A DNA stretch of 64,000 nucleotides from a bacterium (GCA_016708315.1 JADJGC010000008.1:31699-95698); one strand, 5' to 3'; counted from the first letter of the stretch, positions 30,346-39,356 are shown. The notes: a model not told the origin generated them from the sequence alone. Program-made: numbers and translations.

Positions 30346-30822
30346 CTAGGCGAATTGCAGGAGGGCTTTTCGGATGCGTTCCGGCTCACTCAGGACGACG
30401 ATTGGAAAGGGAGGCTTACGACTGGCGAGCTTCTGCCAGATGGCGGTTGGGCCTTCTCCGTCATACTGGTTGCAACCGCAAAGCACGAGCAAGGTTTCGC
30501 TGGCTTTGATCGGCACGAGGAAATGCTTGAAGCAGATCGCCTTGATTTCCTGGTTGGCGCGCAGGTGCGGCGCGAGTTCCGGCAGGGGCCAATAGGAGAT
30601 TCGGCTGGTTTTGAGAACGTGATAGAAGATGGCTTCGGCGCGTGCCGGCGTTCCGGCCAGTTCCATGCAGAACAACAGCATCGGTGTGATGGGGCGTTGC
30701 GCCGCCGCGTCCTGTTGTGTCCTGTGGTCGTACTCGGACGCCAATGTTTCTTTGGTGGCCTCGGTCGCCAGATTGAAGCAGGCAATCAATTCCATGAATT
30801 GTTTGCGCGATGGTGTGTTCAT
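30346..30822 (-). CDS. hypothetical protein, possibly second degenerate GspE-N-like domain
   Basis: KHFLVPIKASETLLVLCGCNQYDGEG resembles the same fold signature; 3-nt gap to upstream gene. Confidence 0.4.
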   Translation of the reverse strand: MNTPSRKQFMELIACFNLATEATKETLASEYDHRTQQDAAAQRPITPMLLFCMELAGTPARAEAIFYHVLKTSRISYWPLPELAPHLRANQEIKAICFKHFLVPIKASETLLVLCGCNQYDGEGPTAIWQKLASRKPPFPIVVLSEPERIRKALLQFA

Positions 30823-30907
30823 CTTGCGTAATCCTTAAACGTAACGCTCCAACAGCCATTTTCGGAGTTGGCCTCGCTTGGTCCGACAGCGTTGTGGTCG
30901 CCTCCTT

Positions 30908-31705
30908 TCATTCCAGGGCCTTCAAGGCAGCAGCGACTTCCTCATGGATTTCTCCTTTCCGTGCGAGCTCATCCAGGCAGCTGTTCCAATCGATGCCTCC
31001 TCCGGCGCTGATCAGCTCCCGAATTCTCACGGGCGGCACACTTTGGTTGTTGAGATGATAGAGCAGTTGCGCGAGGTCCTTGGTTCGGAATAGCACTTCG
31101 TAACCCAGGACCCGCCGTGGGTCCTGCTCCGTTGCGTTCCTGGCTGGGATCAGGTTTTGCGCGACGATACACAGAAGGTTGTTGGCAAGCATCTGCGCCA
31201 CCAAACGAGAATCGGTTCCGGCCTGGGCCAGAATGCGATCAATGGCCTGGTACGCGGAGGACGCGTGCATGGTGCCGATGATCAAATGGCCGGTTTCGGC
31301 GGCGGTGATGACCGTGCGCATGGTTTCCGCATCGCGGATTTCGCCAATGGCAATGACCTCCGGTTTCATGCGCAGCGCATCCATCAGCCCTTTGGAATAA
31401 CTGGCGCAGTCGACCCCAACGCTGCGCTGAGTCACCATCGAGTAGGCGGACTGCTGCTTGTGCAAACGGGGAGCAAACAGAAACTCGACCGGATCCTCAA
31501 GCGTCACCACGTGGTAGGGGTTCGCGTCGATCAGATGCTGGATGACGGCAGCCAAAGTGGTGGACTTGCCGGCGCCGGTGGGGCCGGTGATCAGGATCAG
31601 TCCCTTGGTTTGTTGCAGCGTCTGGACGAGTTTGTCGTAGTGTTTTTGCTGGAGACCAAGCTTGTCCAGGTCAAGCAGGTTTCGATCAAGCACCCGGACG
31701 GTCAA
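30908..31705 (-). CDS. PilT-family ATPase, ATPase domain (TTG start directly after in-frame TAG)
   Basis: LILITGPTGAGKSTT Walker A, Asp/His boxes. Confidence 0.8.
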   Translation of the reverse strand: MTVRVLDRNLLDLDKLGLQQKHYDKLVQTLQQTKGLILITGPTGAGKSTTLAAVIQHLIDANPYHVVTLEDPVEFLFAPRLHKQQSAYSMVTQRSVGVDCASYSKGLMDALRMKPEVIAIGEIRDAETMRTVITAAETGHLIIGTMHASSAYQAIDRILAQAGTDSRLVAQMLANNLLCIVAQNLIPARNATEQDPRRVLGYEVLFRTKDLAQLLYHLNNQSVPPVRIRELISAGGGIDWNSCLDELARKGEIHEEVAAALKALE

Positions 31706-32092
31706 CTACGGCCCGCTCAAGGTGCTGACCAGGATGGCGCGGTAGCGGCATTCTCTTTGGATCTGGTCGAGCGCCGAGGAGAGGGTGCCGGAGAAATGAT
31801 ATGACTCCTTGTTGGCAATACAGTTCCTGGCTTCTTCAAAGCGTGAATTGAGCAGGAACTGGAGGACCACGTCCATTTTGTCCTGGTCGATCACGGGCGC
31901 TCCAGTCACTTCGGTGAAAAAGCCCTGGCGGCGGATAAACGGTTTGCGGCCCAGGGCGATGTAGTAGTCGTTGACGTCCGACGTGATGACCAGATTGAGG
32001 ATGCCGCGGGCCTGGTCTGCGGCCTGATCCACCTCAAGGTTTCTGGGGAGCATGGTGATCATGGTTGTGGTTTGCAGGTGCGGGCTTGCCAA
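31706..32092 (-). CDS. PilT N-terminal domain, separated from ATPase domain by an in-frame TAG (31706-31708)
   Basis: SDVNDYYIALGRKPFIRRQGFFTEV resembles the PilT N-domain; same reading frame as 30908..31705. Confidence 0.5.
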   Translation of the reverse strand: MASPHLQTTTMITMLPRNLEVDQAADQARGILNLVITSDVNDYYIALGRKPFIRRQGFFTEVTGAPVIDQDKMDVVLQFLLNSRFEEARNCIANKESYHFSGTLSSALDQIQRECRYRAILVSTLSGP

Positions 32093-32294
32093 CGGGTGTC
32101 GCTGTCTTGGGTTTCTCCACCAGGATCGGGATGCCTACAACCGTGGTGCGTCCGTCCGCCAGGTACACCGTTACTCGCTTGTGGCCGATCGCGACCAGAT
32201 CCATGCTGCGTTTCTTCCCGTCCCACAGTTTGACGGGCTCGGCCCGCACGATGGGCGCAGCCAAAAGCACAGCGAGGCAGATCAGAGTTTTCAT
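32034..32294 (-). CDS. small secreted protein
   Basis: Signal peptide MKTLICLAVLLAAPIVRAEP, His-rich tail. Confidence 0.35.
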   Translation of the reverse strand: MKTLICLAVLLAAPIVRAEPVKLWDGKKRSMDLVAIGHKRVTVYLADGRTTVVGIPILVEKPKTATPVGKPAPANHNHDHHAPQKP

Positions 32295-32485
32295 AATTCG
32301 TTCAGCACCGCTCGCAACTTCTCCCGATAATCCTCCTGCACCTTTGGGTCGGGGCGAAACGCGTTGGTGACGGCCAAACCGAAGACGGCAATCACGCGCC
32401 CGCTGCCGTCAATCACCTCTTCGCCGATGAGTTGGTTTGTCAGCGGCCGGACGAGGAAGGTCTTGCCCAGCGACCCCGTTTCCAC
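32291..32485 (-). CDS. fragment 3 of the same disrupted gene
   Basis: As above. Confidence 0.3.
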   Translation of the reverse strand: METGSLGKTFLVRPLTNQLIGEEVIDGSGRVIAVFGLAVTNAFRPDPKVQEDYREKLRAVLNEL

Positions 32486-32649
32486 GCTTCTGTCACCAGC
32501 CCGACGGCGTCGCGCGCGGCGACATTGTAGAGGCGGAAGCGGCCGACGCGAATCTGGTGGAACACCTGCATCGGCGTTCCTTCATAATTGATTTCAATGT
32601 TTGCAGCTTCCATTGGACATCCGGGAACTGAGATAAGCGAAGAAGGCAT
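32440..32649 (-). CDS. fragment 2 of the same disrupted gene
   Basis: Overlaps end of 32594..33598 and start of 32291..32485 in different frames. Confidence 0.3.
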   Translation of the reverse strand: MPSSLISVPGCPMEAANIEINYEGTPMQVFHQIRVGRFRLYNVAARDAVGLVTEAWKRGRWARPSSSGR

Positions 32650-33598
32650 TCAGGAGTTGCTTGAGATCGGCAGGCAAAGCTCCGTACTGCATGCGCGCGT
32701 AACCACTCGGCTCGTTCTGAACCTGCTCGTCAGTGCATAATCCCTGTTCAGTGATTCGGATGCGCAACGGCAGATACGTGATCTCGCGGGTCTTGCCGGA
32801 GATGTAGAGATTTTTTCGCGAACGGCGGATCGGCACGACCACCTCGCCGCATTGGACCTGTTGGAGATGGCGAATAAGGTTCGCCTCGGCTTTGTTACGG
32901 TGGATGGACCGGGCGACCTCGATGGGCCGGGCTTGTCCGTAAAGGGCGGTTTCCAATCCCTGGACGGTTCGGTGCAGGAGATACATTCGAACCTGTGGCG
33001 TCGTATGCACCTGCATGTAGGGCTGGCCTTGAGACTGTGACGGGCTGATGAAAAGTCGCTGGTCGGTGACCCGGATTTCTACCGCTCCCTTCGCCGTTTG
33101 CAGGTCGAGCGTGTCCAGCTCGGGATATTGTGCCAACAGTTGCTGATATTTTTGCTGAAGCGTTTCGAGATGGCGGAACATTCCGTAACTCCCCGGCTCG
33201 GTGCGCAAGCCGGCCACGTCATCCAACGTCGAGTTCAGGATCTCCGGTGACGACGGTAATTGCGGACTCTCTAATCGCGCTCCGTGCGATTCCTCGACTG
33301 GTATTAGGGTTAGTATGTGGGCTGCTCCTTGCTGAAGACGCTCTTCGTCGAGGCACTGCAAAGTTTGCATGAGGTTGTAAATGTGGTAAGCGGGCGCTCC
33401 ATGCAGATCGGTGACACGTGGACATCCATATAGGGCTACGCCACAGAGATTGCTTTTGGCGAGCTGAGGAATCCCGTCGGACACCGCCACGGTGACGATC
33501 TGATTGCCAAAAATAAATTGGGTCGGCTCGAGGTCAGGATTTTCGTCGAGCAGTCTTTGCAGTTCCGTTCGGAGGCGCTGTTCGATATCAGCACTCAT
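32594..33598 (-). CDS. hypothetical protein, N-terminal 334 aa of a gene apparently split into three frames
   Basis: Long ORF; two shorter ORFs follow in the other two frames with overlapping ends. Confidence 0.5.
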   Translation of the reverse strand: MSADIEQRLRTELQRLLDENPDLEPTQFIFGNQIVTVAVSDGIPQLAKSNLCGVALYGCPRVTDLHGAPAYHIYNLMQTLQCLDEERLQQGAAHILTLIPVEESHGARLESPQLPSSPEILNSTLDDVAGLRTEPGSYGMFRHLETLQQKYQQLLAQYPELDTLDLQTAKGAVEIRVTDQRLFISPSQSQGQPYMQVHTTPQVRMYLLHRTVQGLETALYGQARPIEVARSIHRNKAEANLIRHLQQVQCGEVVVPIRRSRKNLYISGKTREITYLPLRIRITEQGLCTDEQVQNEPSGYARMQYGALPADLKQLLNAFFAYLSSRMSNGSCKH

Positions 33599-33602
33599 AA
33601 TT

Positions 33603-34409
33603 TCAGTTTAGTGCGCGTGCGGTTCGGCGCGTACTCCCTTGCAAAGATTCCTCAACCAGCTTCTCCACGTCCCTGACGCCATAAGGCGGGAGGGCCACCA
33701 CGTTGGTGTGCAGCCGATGGTCATGATAGTTGAACACGACGTAAGTACCCGGTTCGGTGGGAGTGCAGTAAATCGCCTGGGTGGGTCGTTGGAGGTAGAG
33801 ATCAAACGGGACGCGGGCATCGGACAATTGCATCCGTGGAGGCCATCCAAAGCGGTTGGTCAAATTTCGCAACTCAAGGATGATCCGGTCTGTTTCTTCA
33901 AAGGGCTTGGGGCTGGAAAAGGAAGCCATCTGCGCAACCTGATAGCGCCGGTAGACTTCCTGCCAGAAATTCTCCCTCACCGTGAGTTGAGCACCCTGGT
34001 CGGAGCCCCGGGACGACGCCAGCACGACGCTGTTGATTTGGCCCTCGGAATCCTCAACCAGGATGAACAGGTCGAACCAGGGATTATAGAGCACGTCTGG
34101 CTGAACCGGCAAGGATCCCATGACGAGGTACGGCACGAAGACAGGTGAATAGAGACTTTGAATCTCATGTAGCAGTTGCAGTCCATGCGGGGTAAACGCC
34201 TCTTCAGGCGGGTGGTAAAGACTCAGGATTTCGTGGCGATAGAGCCTTTGCGCGGCCTTGCTGTATGCCGACTTGAGCTGTTGGCTGGTTAGCGTTGTCG
34301 GGGCGGGCCACAGCCAAATGAACAGGATCAATGCAGCGAGGACGGCGCTTATCGCCATCAGGATTCGCCACGCCCATTTTTTTATTCTTCCAGGTGATTT
34401 GTAGCGCAT
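33603..34409 (-). CDS. membrane-anchored hypothetical protein
   Basis: N-terminal TM (ILMAISAVLAALILFIWLW). Confidence 0.5.
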   Translation of the reverse strand: MRYKSPGRIKKWAWRILMAISAVLAALILFIWLWPAPTTLTSQQLKSAYSKAAQRLYRHEILSLYHPPEEAFTPHGLQLLHEIQSLYSPVFVPYLVMGSLPVQPDVLYNPWFDLFILVEDSEGQINSVVLASSRGSDQGAQLTVRENFWQEVYRRYQVAQMASFSSPKPFEETDRIILELRNLTNRFGWPPRMQLSDARVPFDLYLQRPTQAIYCTPTEPGTYVVFNYHDHRLHTNVVALPPYGVRDVEKLVEESLQGSTRRTARALN

Positions 34410-35143
34410 TGGATTGTTGGTTGTTCGTCCAGGACTTGCGGAGCAGCCAGATCGAGACGAAAGCTCAGGTCATAGCCCATGCGAATCATCAGTTCGCGGA
34501 TTTCCGCGGGGTTGATATGAGGTGACATCTGATGTTGAAGGATCAATTTCATCAGCCTCCCGCTGATCCGCGCATTCTCCTGGTCGCGCGCGAGCCGGTC
34601 CGGATTGGCCGGGACCAAAGGCCAATTCTCCGCGCTGCCAAACTGGTCGCGAATCCAAAGCAGCTCCTGCAGATAGCCGGGCGGGACCGACGCGTTTGGT
34701 TTCCGCTCCGACAGATGGTTCAAATAGCAGAGATGTTGCAGCGCCTGGCTGACGGGCGAGGTCAACCTCAAAGGGTTCTTTTCCCACCTCCGCAAGATCA
34801 CCTGCCGGGCTTCCTTGAAGCTCTTCTCGATTTTGTCGTGAAAGATGCCGCGCAGACAGAGATTGATGCGCCAGTCCTCACAAATGTTGTAGAGGATGAA
34901 CCGATAATCGTCGGCTTCGAGAAAGTGAGTGGCAATCGAATGCAACCCTTCGTGGGCCGCCATGAACGGCCAGCAGGGCGGGCCGAAATCCCGGCTGCCC
35001 TCGCCGACATATAGAATTGACGGAAGCCGGCCGGGCTGTGAGTCCACGCCCCAGGTGTTGAAATCGGGCAAGCTCTGGATCTCCTTCAAATTGTGCTCCG
35101 GGATGAGGCACGCCAGCCGCAGGATTGTGTCGCTCGTGATCAT
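34382..35143 (-). CDS. putative HExxH zinc metallopeptidase
   Basis: AAHEGLHSIATHF; start at MITSDT (ATG 35143). Confidence 0.45.
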   Translation of the reverse strand: MITSDTILRLACLIPEHNLKEIQSLPDFNTWGVDSQPGRLPSILYVGEGSRDFGPPCWPFMAAHEGLHSIATHFLEADDYRFILYNICEDWRINLCLRGIFHDKIEKSFKEARQVILRRWEKNPLRLTSPVSQALQHLCYLNHLSERKPNASVPPGYLQELLWIRDQFGSAENWPLVPANPDRLARDQENARISGRLMKLILQHQMSPHINPAEIRELMIRMGYDLSFRLDLAAPQVLDEQPTIQCATNHLEE

Positions 35144-35160
35144 GCGTTTGACGCTGCGGC

Positions 35161-35943
35161 TTACCTGGAACTCAGGCGCTTCCAGGCGACAGAACCGACG
35201 AGAGCGATGCACACAACGATCCAGGTTATCAAGGAGCGCCGTCCTGGCTTTTTGTCCTGCGCGGGCGGTTGAATGACGCTGGCAGGTGCCGCAGCCTTCG
35301 GAATATCCCTTGCCTGGCTTCGGATGGGAACAGGCGCTTCGATCAGCTTGTAACGCGAGTCCGCCGGAACGACTTTGACTTTGGCTCCACCTTTCTCAGA
35401 AAGGATCATCCGCTTTTGCGGCGGCTCGATGCTCCTGGCGGAAGTTGCGAACGTGTTCTCCGGCGGACGATTCGAGAAGGAACGAATGTGGTTTGCGTGA
35501 CCGACATCGTAGCCGCCAGGAAATGCGCCGCCATGATAGCCCGCTGGCCAGGGATTGGTTCTGGCCGACGGGTTCGCAACGCCCATATTACCAGCGCCGC
35601 TTTGTTCGTACGCAATTGAAATGTTCTGGGGCGAGGCGATCACCAGACTGGCCGCGTGAGCGTATTGTCCGTTGAACCCTCGAAACTCGGCTTCCGGTAC
35701 GGTGACGTTTCCGGGAAAGCCAACCAGCAGTGTCTCCAATGCGGGGCTGCCCTGTCCGACCAGAGGCACTTCGAACTGGCCGATCATGCGTTTGGGAACC
35801 AGGACCGACGTGCTGGGATCGCCAATGCGGCTCAAGTAAACCGTGTCGTACGTCTGGTTATCGACGCGGATACGAACCGAGGCGGCCCCACCGCACGGAA
35901 GGGCAGCGAGGATCGCCGTTGCCCAAAGGCAAAGTGCTCTCAT
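35161..35943 (-). CDS. secreted protein with C-terminal membrane anchor
   Basis: Signal peptide MRALCLWATAILAALPCGGAA; C-terminal TM WIVVCIALVGSVAW. Confidence 0.5.
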   Translation of the reverse strand: MRALCLWATAILAALPCGGAASVRIRVDNQTYDTVYLSRIGDPSTSVLVPKRMIGQFEVPLVGQGSPALETLLVGFPGNVTVPEAEFRGFNGQYAHAASLVIASPQNISIAYEQSGAGNMGVANPSARTNPWPAGYHGGAFPGGYDVGHANHIRSFSNRPPENTFATSARSIEPPQKRMILSEKGGAKVKVVPADSRYKLIEAPVPIRSQARDIPKAAAPASVIQPPAQDKKPGRRSLITWIVVCIALVGSVAWKRLSSR

Positions 35944-36048
35944 GTACCATTCTAGTTCACCGGCTTCCATCACCATCCGGTGACATTGATGATGCGAAGA
36001 TGTTTTTCTCCGGGTATTCGGCGCGCGTTGGAGCCTCTGCGAATTAAA

Positions 36049-36564
36049 ATGGGTTGTATGGGCTTTTTGTGTAGGCGAGTGAGGCCAAGTAAGGGTTTCA
36101 CCCTGATCGAAGTTGTTTCCGTCGTGGCGGTGATCTTCATCCTCGCCGGCGTGATAACGATTCGTTTGGGCGACCTCCGCTCCTCAGCCCTGGCTGCGTC
36201 AGCCCGCGCTTTGGAGAAAGAGTTCGCCAACGGGGTTGAGCAGTTAACCTCCGGTGGGACTGGTTTGGAGCCATTCCAGACGGTGGCAGCCAGCGGTGTG
36301 TTGGTGTCGCAGAGTGCGTCGGACCCTGAATTCATGTCCCTGCAAACCGCCAGCTACCGGCTCTCCGCTCCTGCGGACGTGAACCTGTCGCGTGTCGTTG
36401 GCGCCGTGAGCCAATTGAACACGATGCTTTCCGCTCGCGGGTTCGGTGTGGTCAAGGGAAACGTCAGTCAGGAAATGCTGAGCGCCTTCAACGCGGATCT
36501 GGTTGTGGTCCGGGACTCGGGTAACTCAATTCGCGGAGTGTATCTGAAATTCTCGAAATCATGA
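36049..36564 (+). CDS. prepilin-type pseudopilin
   Basis: KGFTLIEVVSVVAVIFILAGVI. Confidence 0.7.
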   Translation: MGCMGFLCRRVRPSKGFTLIEVVSVVAVIFILAGVITIRLGDLRSSALAASARALEKEFANGVEQLTSGGTGLEPFQTVAASGVLVSQSASDPEFMSLQTASYRLSAPADVNLSRVVGAVSQLNTMLSARGFGVVKGNVSQEMLSAFNADLVVVRDSGNSIRGVYLKFSKS

Positions 36565-36899
36565 AATCCCGCGCAGGTTTTACCCTGGTTGAGTTGGTGG
36601 GAGCGCTGGCCATCATCAGCATTCTTGTGGGGATGGTTCTGGTAACGACCGGCAATTCTCGGGACCGGGCTTTGCAGACGCGCATTTCGGTTGACCTGGA
36701 AGCCATCAACGCCGCCAAAGGTTTTTGGGTTCTGGATCACAACGGCGCGGCATTTCCGACTGATGAATCCGGGCGGTTCAACGCGATCCGCAAATATCTG
36801 GAAGTGAACCGCAGCTTTTCCTCCCTGGCGGATTATCAACCGCCGGGGGTCAGCTATTCGATCAACGGCATTGGAGTACCGCCTTCACACGCACCGTAA
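36561..36899 (+). CDS. prepilin-type pseudopilin
   Basis: MKSRAGFTLVELVGALAIISILVGMVL; 4-nt overlap with upstream gene. Confidence 0.75.
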   Translation: MKSRAGFTLVELVGALAIISILVGMVLVTTGNSRDRALQTRISVDLEAINAAKGFWVLDHNGAAFPTDESGRFNAIRKYLEVNRSFSSLADYQPPGVSYSINGIGVPPSHAP

Positions 36900-36900
36900 C

Positions 36901-37275
36901 ATGAAACCGACGTCACGCATGCGGGGTTTTTCGCTGATTGAGGTAGTGGCGGTGATGGCGCTGCTGCTGCTGATCATGGGGCTTGGATTGTGGGGACTGG
37001 GCGGTTCTCGTGGACGGCAGTTGCGCGAGAAAGTGGTCCTGGATCTGGCTCGGATTGACTCCGCGAAAGCAACCTGGCGCGCCGATCACCCACAGGCAGC
37101 ATTCCCGGACGATGAGGCCGCGCGCTTTGACGCCCTCCCGGTCCTATCTGGTCGCAAGGTGCCACCCTGCCTCTTTGCAGCCGAACACGAATCTGGCCGG
37201 AATGGTTGTGTACGCGATCAGTGCGGAGACGAATGCGGCCAGCGCTCGAAATCTCTCTTCCTCACAACAGTTTGA
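36901..37275 (+). CDS. prepilin-type pseudopilin
   Basis: MKPTSRMRGFSLIEVVAVMALLLLIMGL. Confidence 0.7.
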   Translation: MKPTSRMRGFSLIEVVAVMALLLLIMGLGLWGLGGSRGRQLREKVVLDLARIDSAKATWRADHPQAAFPDDEAARFDALPVLSGRKVPPCLFAAEHESGRNGCVRDQCGDECGQRSKSLFLTTV

Positions 37276-37354
37276 TCGTTCCTCAGGCGAGTGGATTCCT
37301 TGAGCGACCGGCGGAACCTTGACTTCCTTCCGCCTCCCACCCTAACTGTCCGCG

Positions 37355-37858
37355 ATGAATACCTCGCTCGCCAACCTATCCGCTCAACAACTCAGGCGTG
37401 CTGCGGCGATCAAAGATCAGATCGAGTCGCTGGAGAAGGAGCTCCAGCGAATCTTCGGCGCTGCCGCAACGGCTGAAAAACCTCAAGCCCCTCGGAAGAA
37501 AAGGCGCCGCATGAGCGCAGCCGGTCGCGCCAGAATCTCCGCGGCCGCCAAGGCCCGTTGGGCGAAAATCAATGCTGCGAAGAAAAATAGCGCCCTTTGG
37601 GCCCCCCCCCGGGGGCCGACACCCGTCCCCTCCGGAAAATCTTGCCTCAACACGACCAGGCGCTATGAGAGCCGCTTTATCTGCCGTTGCGCTGATTGTG
37701 GCAACAACGATTTCGCAAGCCGGCACGTTGAGGAAGGACTTTTCCCGTCCGCCAGTGCCGGGTCACTGTTGAGCCTCGTTGCCCAGAGGGACACGTTACA
37801 TGCGACGACGTTAAGTACGTCGGAGTTTCCAAAAAGAGTGGGAAGTCAATCACCCTGA
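37355..37858 (+). CDS. small basic hypothetical protein; only the first 85-90 codons look genuine, the remainder likely read-through across a homopolymer
   Basis: MNTSLANLSAQQLRRAAAIKDQIESLEKELQ...KARWAKINAAKK, then the G3C10G5 tract. Confidence 0.25.
   Translation: MNTSLANLSAQQLRRAAAIKDQIESLEKELQRIFGAAATAEKPQAPRKKRRRMSAAGRARISAAAKARWAKINAAKKNSALWAPPRGPTPVPSGKSCLNTTRRYESRFICRCADCGNNDFASRHVEEGLFPSASAGSLLSLVAQRDTLHATTLSTSEFPKRVGSQSP
37598..37616. repeat. G3-C10-G5 homopolymeric palindrome
   Basis: gggcccccccccgggggcc; perfect GC hairpin potential, no U-tract. Confidence 0.8.
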
Positions 37859-38028
37859 CCGGCAAGACCGCTCACACCACTAGCGCGGATGGCGTCACGC
37901 CATCTCGTTTCATGGGCTACACATTCAAGAACGGTGACACGACCTATTTCGTGTCCGAAGGTGGTGAGCTTCGCGTTACTCGTGGCTCGAACGTGATGGT
38001 TCAGGAGCGAGGAATATGGAGGTGGTGA
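37732..38028 (+). CDS. small secreted protein, C-terminal part (no start codon in this frame; putative signal peptide lies in frame of 37638..37772)
   Basis: Frame reads ...VTCDDVKYVGVSKKSGKSITLTGKTAHTTSADGVTPSRFMGYTFKNGDTTYFVSEGGELRVTRGSNV..., protein-like; MRAALSAVALIVATTISQA signal peptide in adjacent frame. Confidence 0.3.
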   Translation, partial: GRTFPVRQCRVTVEPRCPEGHVTCDDVKYVGVSKKSGKSITLTGKTAHTTSADGVTPSRFMGYTFKNGDTTYFVSEGGELRVTRGSNVMVQERGIWRW

Positions 38029-38044
38029 GCCAGCCATGATGAAG

Positions 38045-38641
38045 TCAGTTAAGATTGCGCAGGAAGTTTTTGCGATGCACGCCGGCGATGGGTCCGAATT
38101 TGCGGATGGCCTCGACATGTAACTTGGTGCCGTAGCCGACGTGCTGATCGAATCCATACTGCGGATACTGTGTGTGCAGCTCCCGCATTTGCCGGTCGCG
38201 CCGCACCTTGGCGAAAATCGAAGCGGTGGCGACCGTGATGCTGGTCTCATCGGCGCGTGGTGCGCATAGTCCGGGAAAGGTGTCGTCGGCGATCGTTCCG
38301 TCAATGATGACCCGGTCAAAGTGGGGAAGCTTTTGGAGCGCTTCCTTGAACAGTCGCAGGTTCAATGCGTTCAAGTTGCTTGTCTCCACCTCGGATGCCG
38401 ATGCTTCCGCGTACGCGACGTGCAGCAAGCCTTTGGCGACAAACTCCCGGGTTAGCAAGTCCACCAACTGCTCGCGTTCCGCCGCTGTCAGGGCCTTGCT
38501 GTCGCGAATGTCGCAGGATGGTTCTGCTGCGGAATCGTAGGCGCACGCCGCGACGACAAGGTTAAAGGCGAAGGCGCCGCGGCCAACCTCGTCGCATCCG
38601 GCCACGATGAGTCCCTGCTTGCGACCAAGGTAATCTTCCAT
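38045..38641 (-). CDS. rnhB: ribonuclease HII
   Basis: IVAGCDEVGRGAFAFNLVVAACAY, DSKALTAAEREQL, HRKNF; start at MEDYLGRKQG (ATG 38641). Confidence 0.85.
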   Translation of the reverse strand: MEDYLGRKQGLIVAGCDEVGRGAFAFNLVVAACAYDSAAEPSCDIRDSKALTAAEREQLVDLLTREFVAKGLLHVAYAEASASEVETSNLNALNLRLFKEALQKLPHFDRVIIDGTIADDTFPGLCAPRADETSITVATASIFAKVRRDRQMRELHTQYPQYGFDQHVGYGTKLHVEAIRKFGPIAGVHRKNFLRNLN

Positions 38642-38807
38642 GCTCCAATCGGCCTTCCGCCCTCTCATGCAAAATGGGTTTGGCGGAGATTCTTGCTTCC
38701 CCATACCCCATTCTAGGGCGGTGACTGGCGCGAGCGGGAAGAGCGTTACGTCAGGTTTGAAATCCCGATATGCCATCGCGTCCGGGGAGCGTTCGGATCG
38801 GACAGAT

Positions 38808-39356
38808 TCAGCGCGCGGTTCCGAAGTCGAAATCTTCGCTGCATCCCTTGCAGACGCCTTTGGGCGAGCCAGTGAAGAGGAAAACCATGTCCTGCTTGGG
38901 CTTGGCTTGGGCGCAGCTGGCGCAGTAGGCCATCTCAGGACTCCACACCGGCATGATCCACACCCTCACTTGCTCCAGCGGATGAGTTCCGTGGCGACCT
39001 GGTAATCGGACACCATTCTCAACGACCTGCAGAACATCGGGGTGCCCGTTGACCGCGGCGATCCAGAAGGATTGCGGAGGCGGTGGCTCCTTGAGGCTTC
39101 GAAATGTCTCGCGAACACTGCAACAATTATCTGGTTGCAGCCTCTCGGCAACCTGCTTCAAGCATCGAGAACACTTGAGCATGGTCGGCGTCCACACGGG
39201 AGCGAGCCATTCCTGAACGCAATCGAGAGGTTGTTCATCAACTTCGCCCGGAAACAAGCACGCGTCGGTGTTCGGGGCGACGCGCAGCACGGTGCATTGA
39301 TCATTCACCACCACCAGCCAGCACGAACCAGATTGAAGAACCGCCCTCATATTCAA
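38808..39356 (-). CDS. Cys-rich hypothetical protein with internal duplication
   Basis: PVWTPTMLKCSRCLKQV and PVWSPEMAYCASCAQAK repeated modules. Confidence 0.45.
   Translation of the reverse strand: MNMRAVLQSGSCWLVVVNDQCTVLRVAPNTDACLFPGEVDEQPLDCVQEWLAPVWTPTMLKCSRCLKQVAERLQPDNCCSVRETFRSLKEPPPPQSFWIAAVNGHPDVLQVVENGVRLPGRHGTHPLEQVRVWIMPVWSPEMAYCASCAQAKPKQDMVFLFTGSPKGVCKGCSEDFDFGTAR

Noticed and set aside
30908-32092. Alternative genetic code (TAG as sense) to explain the in-frame TAG in PilT
   Set aside because: Single instance; the only other TAG checked (22321-22323) behaves as a genuine stop, all other disruptions are frameshifts and checked stops include TGA, so a point error or nonsense mutation is more parsimonious
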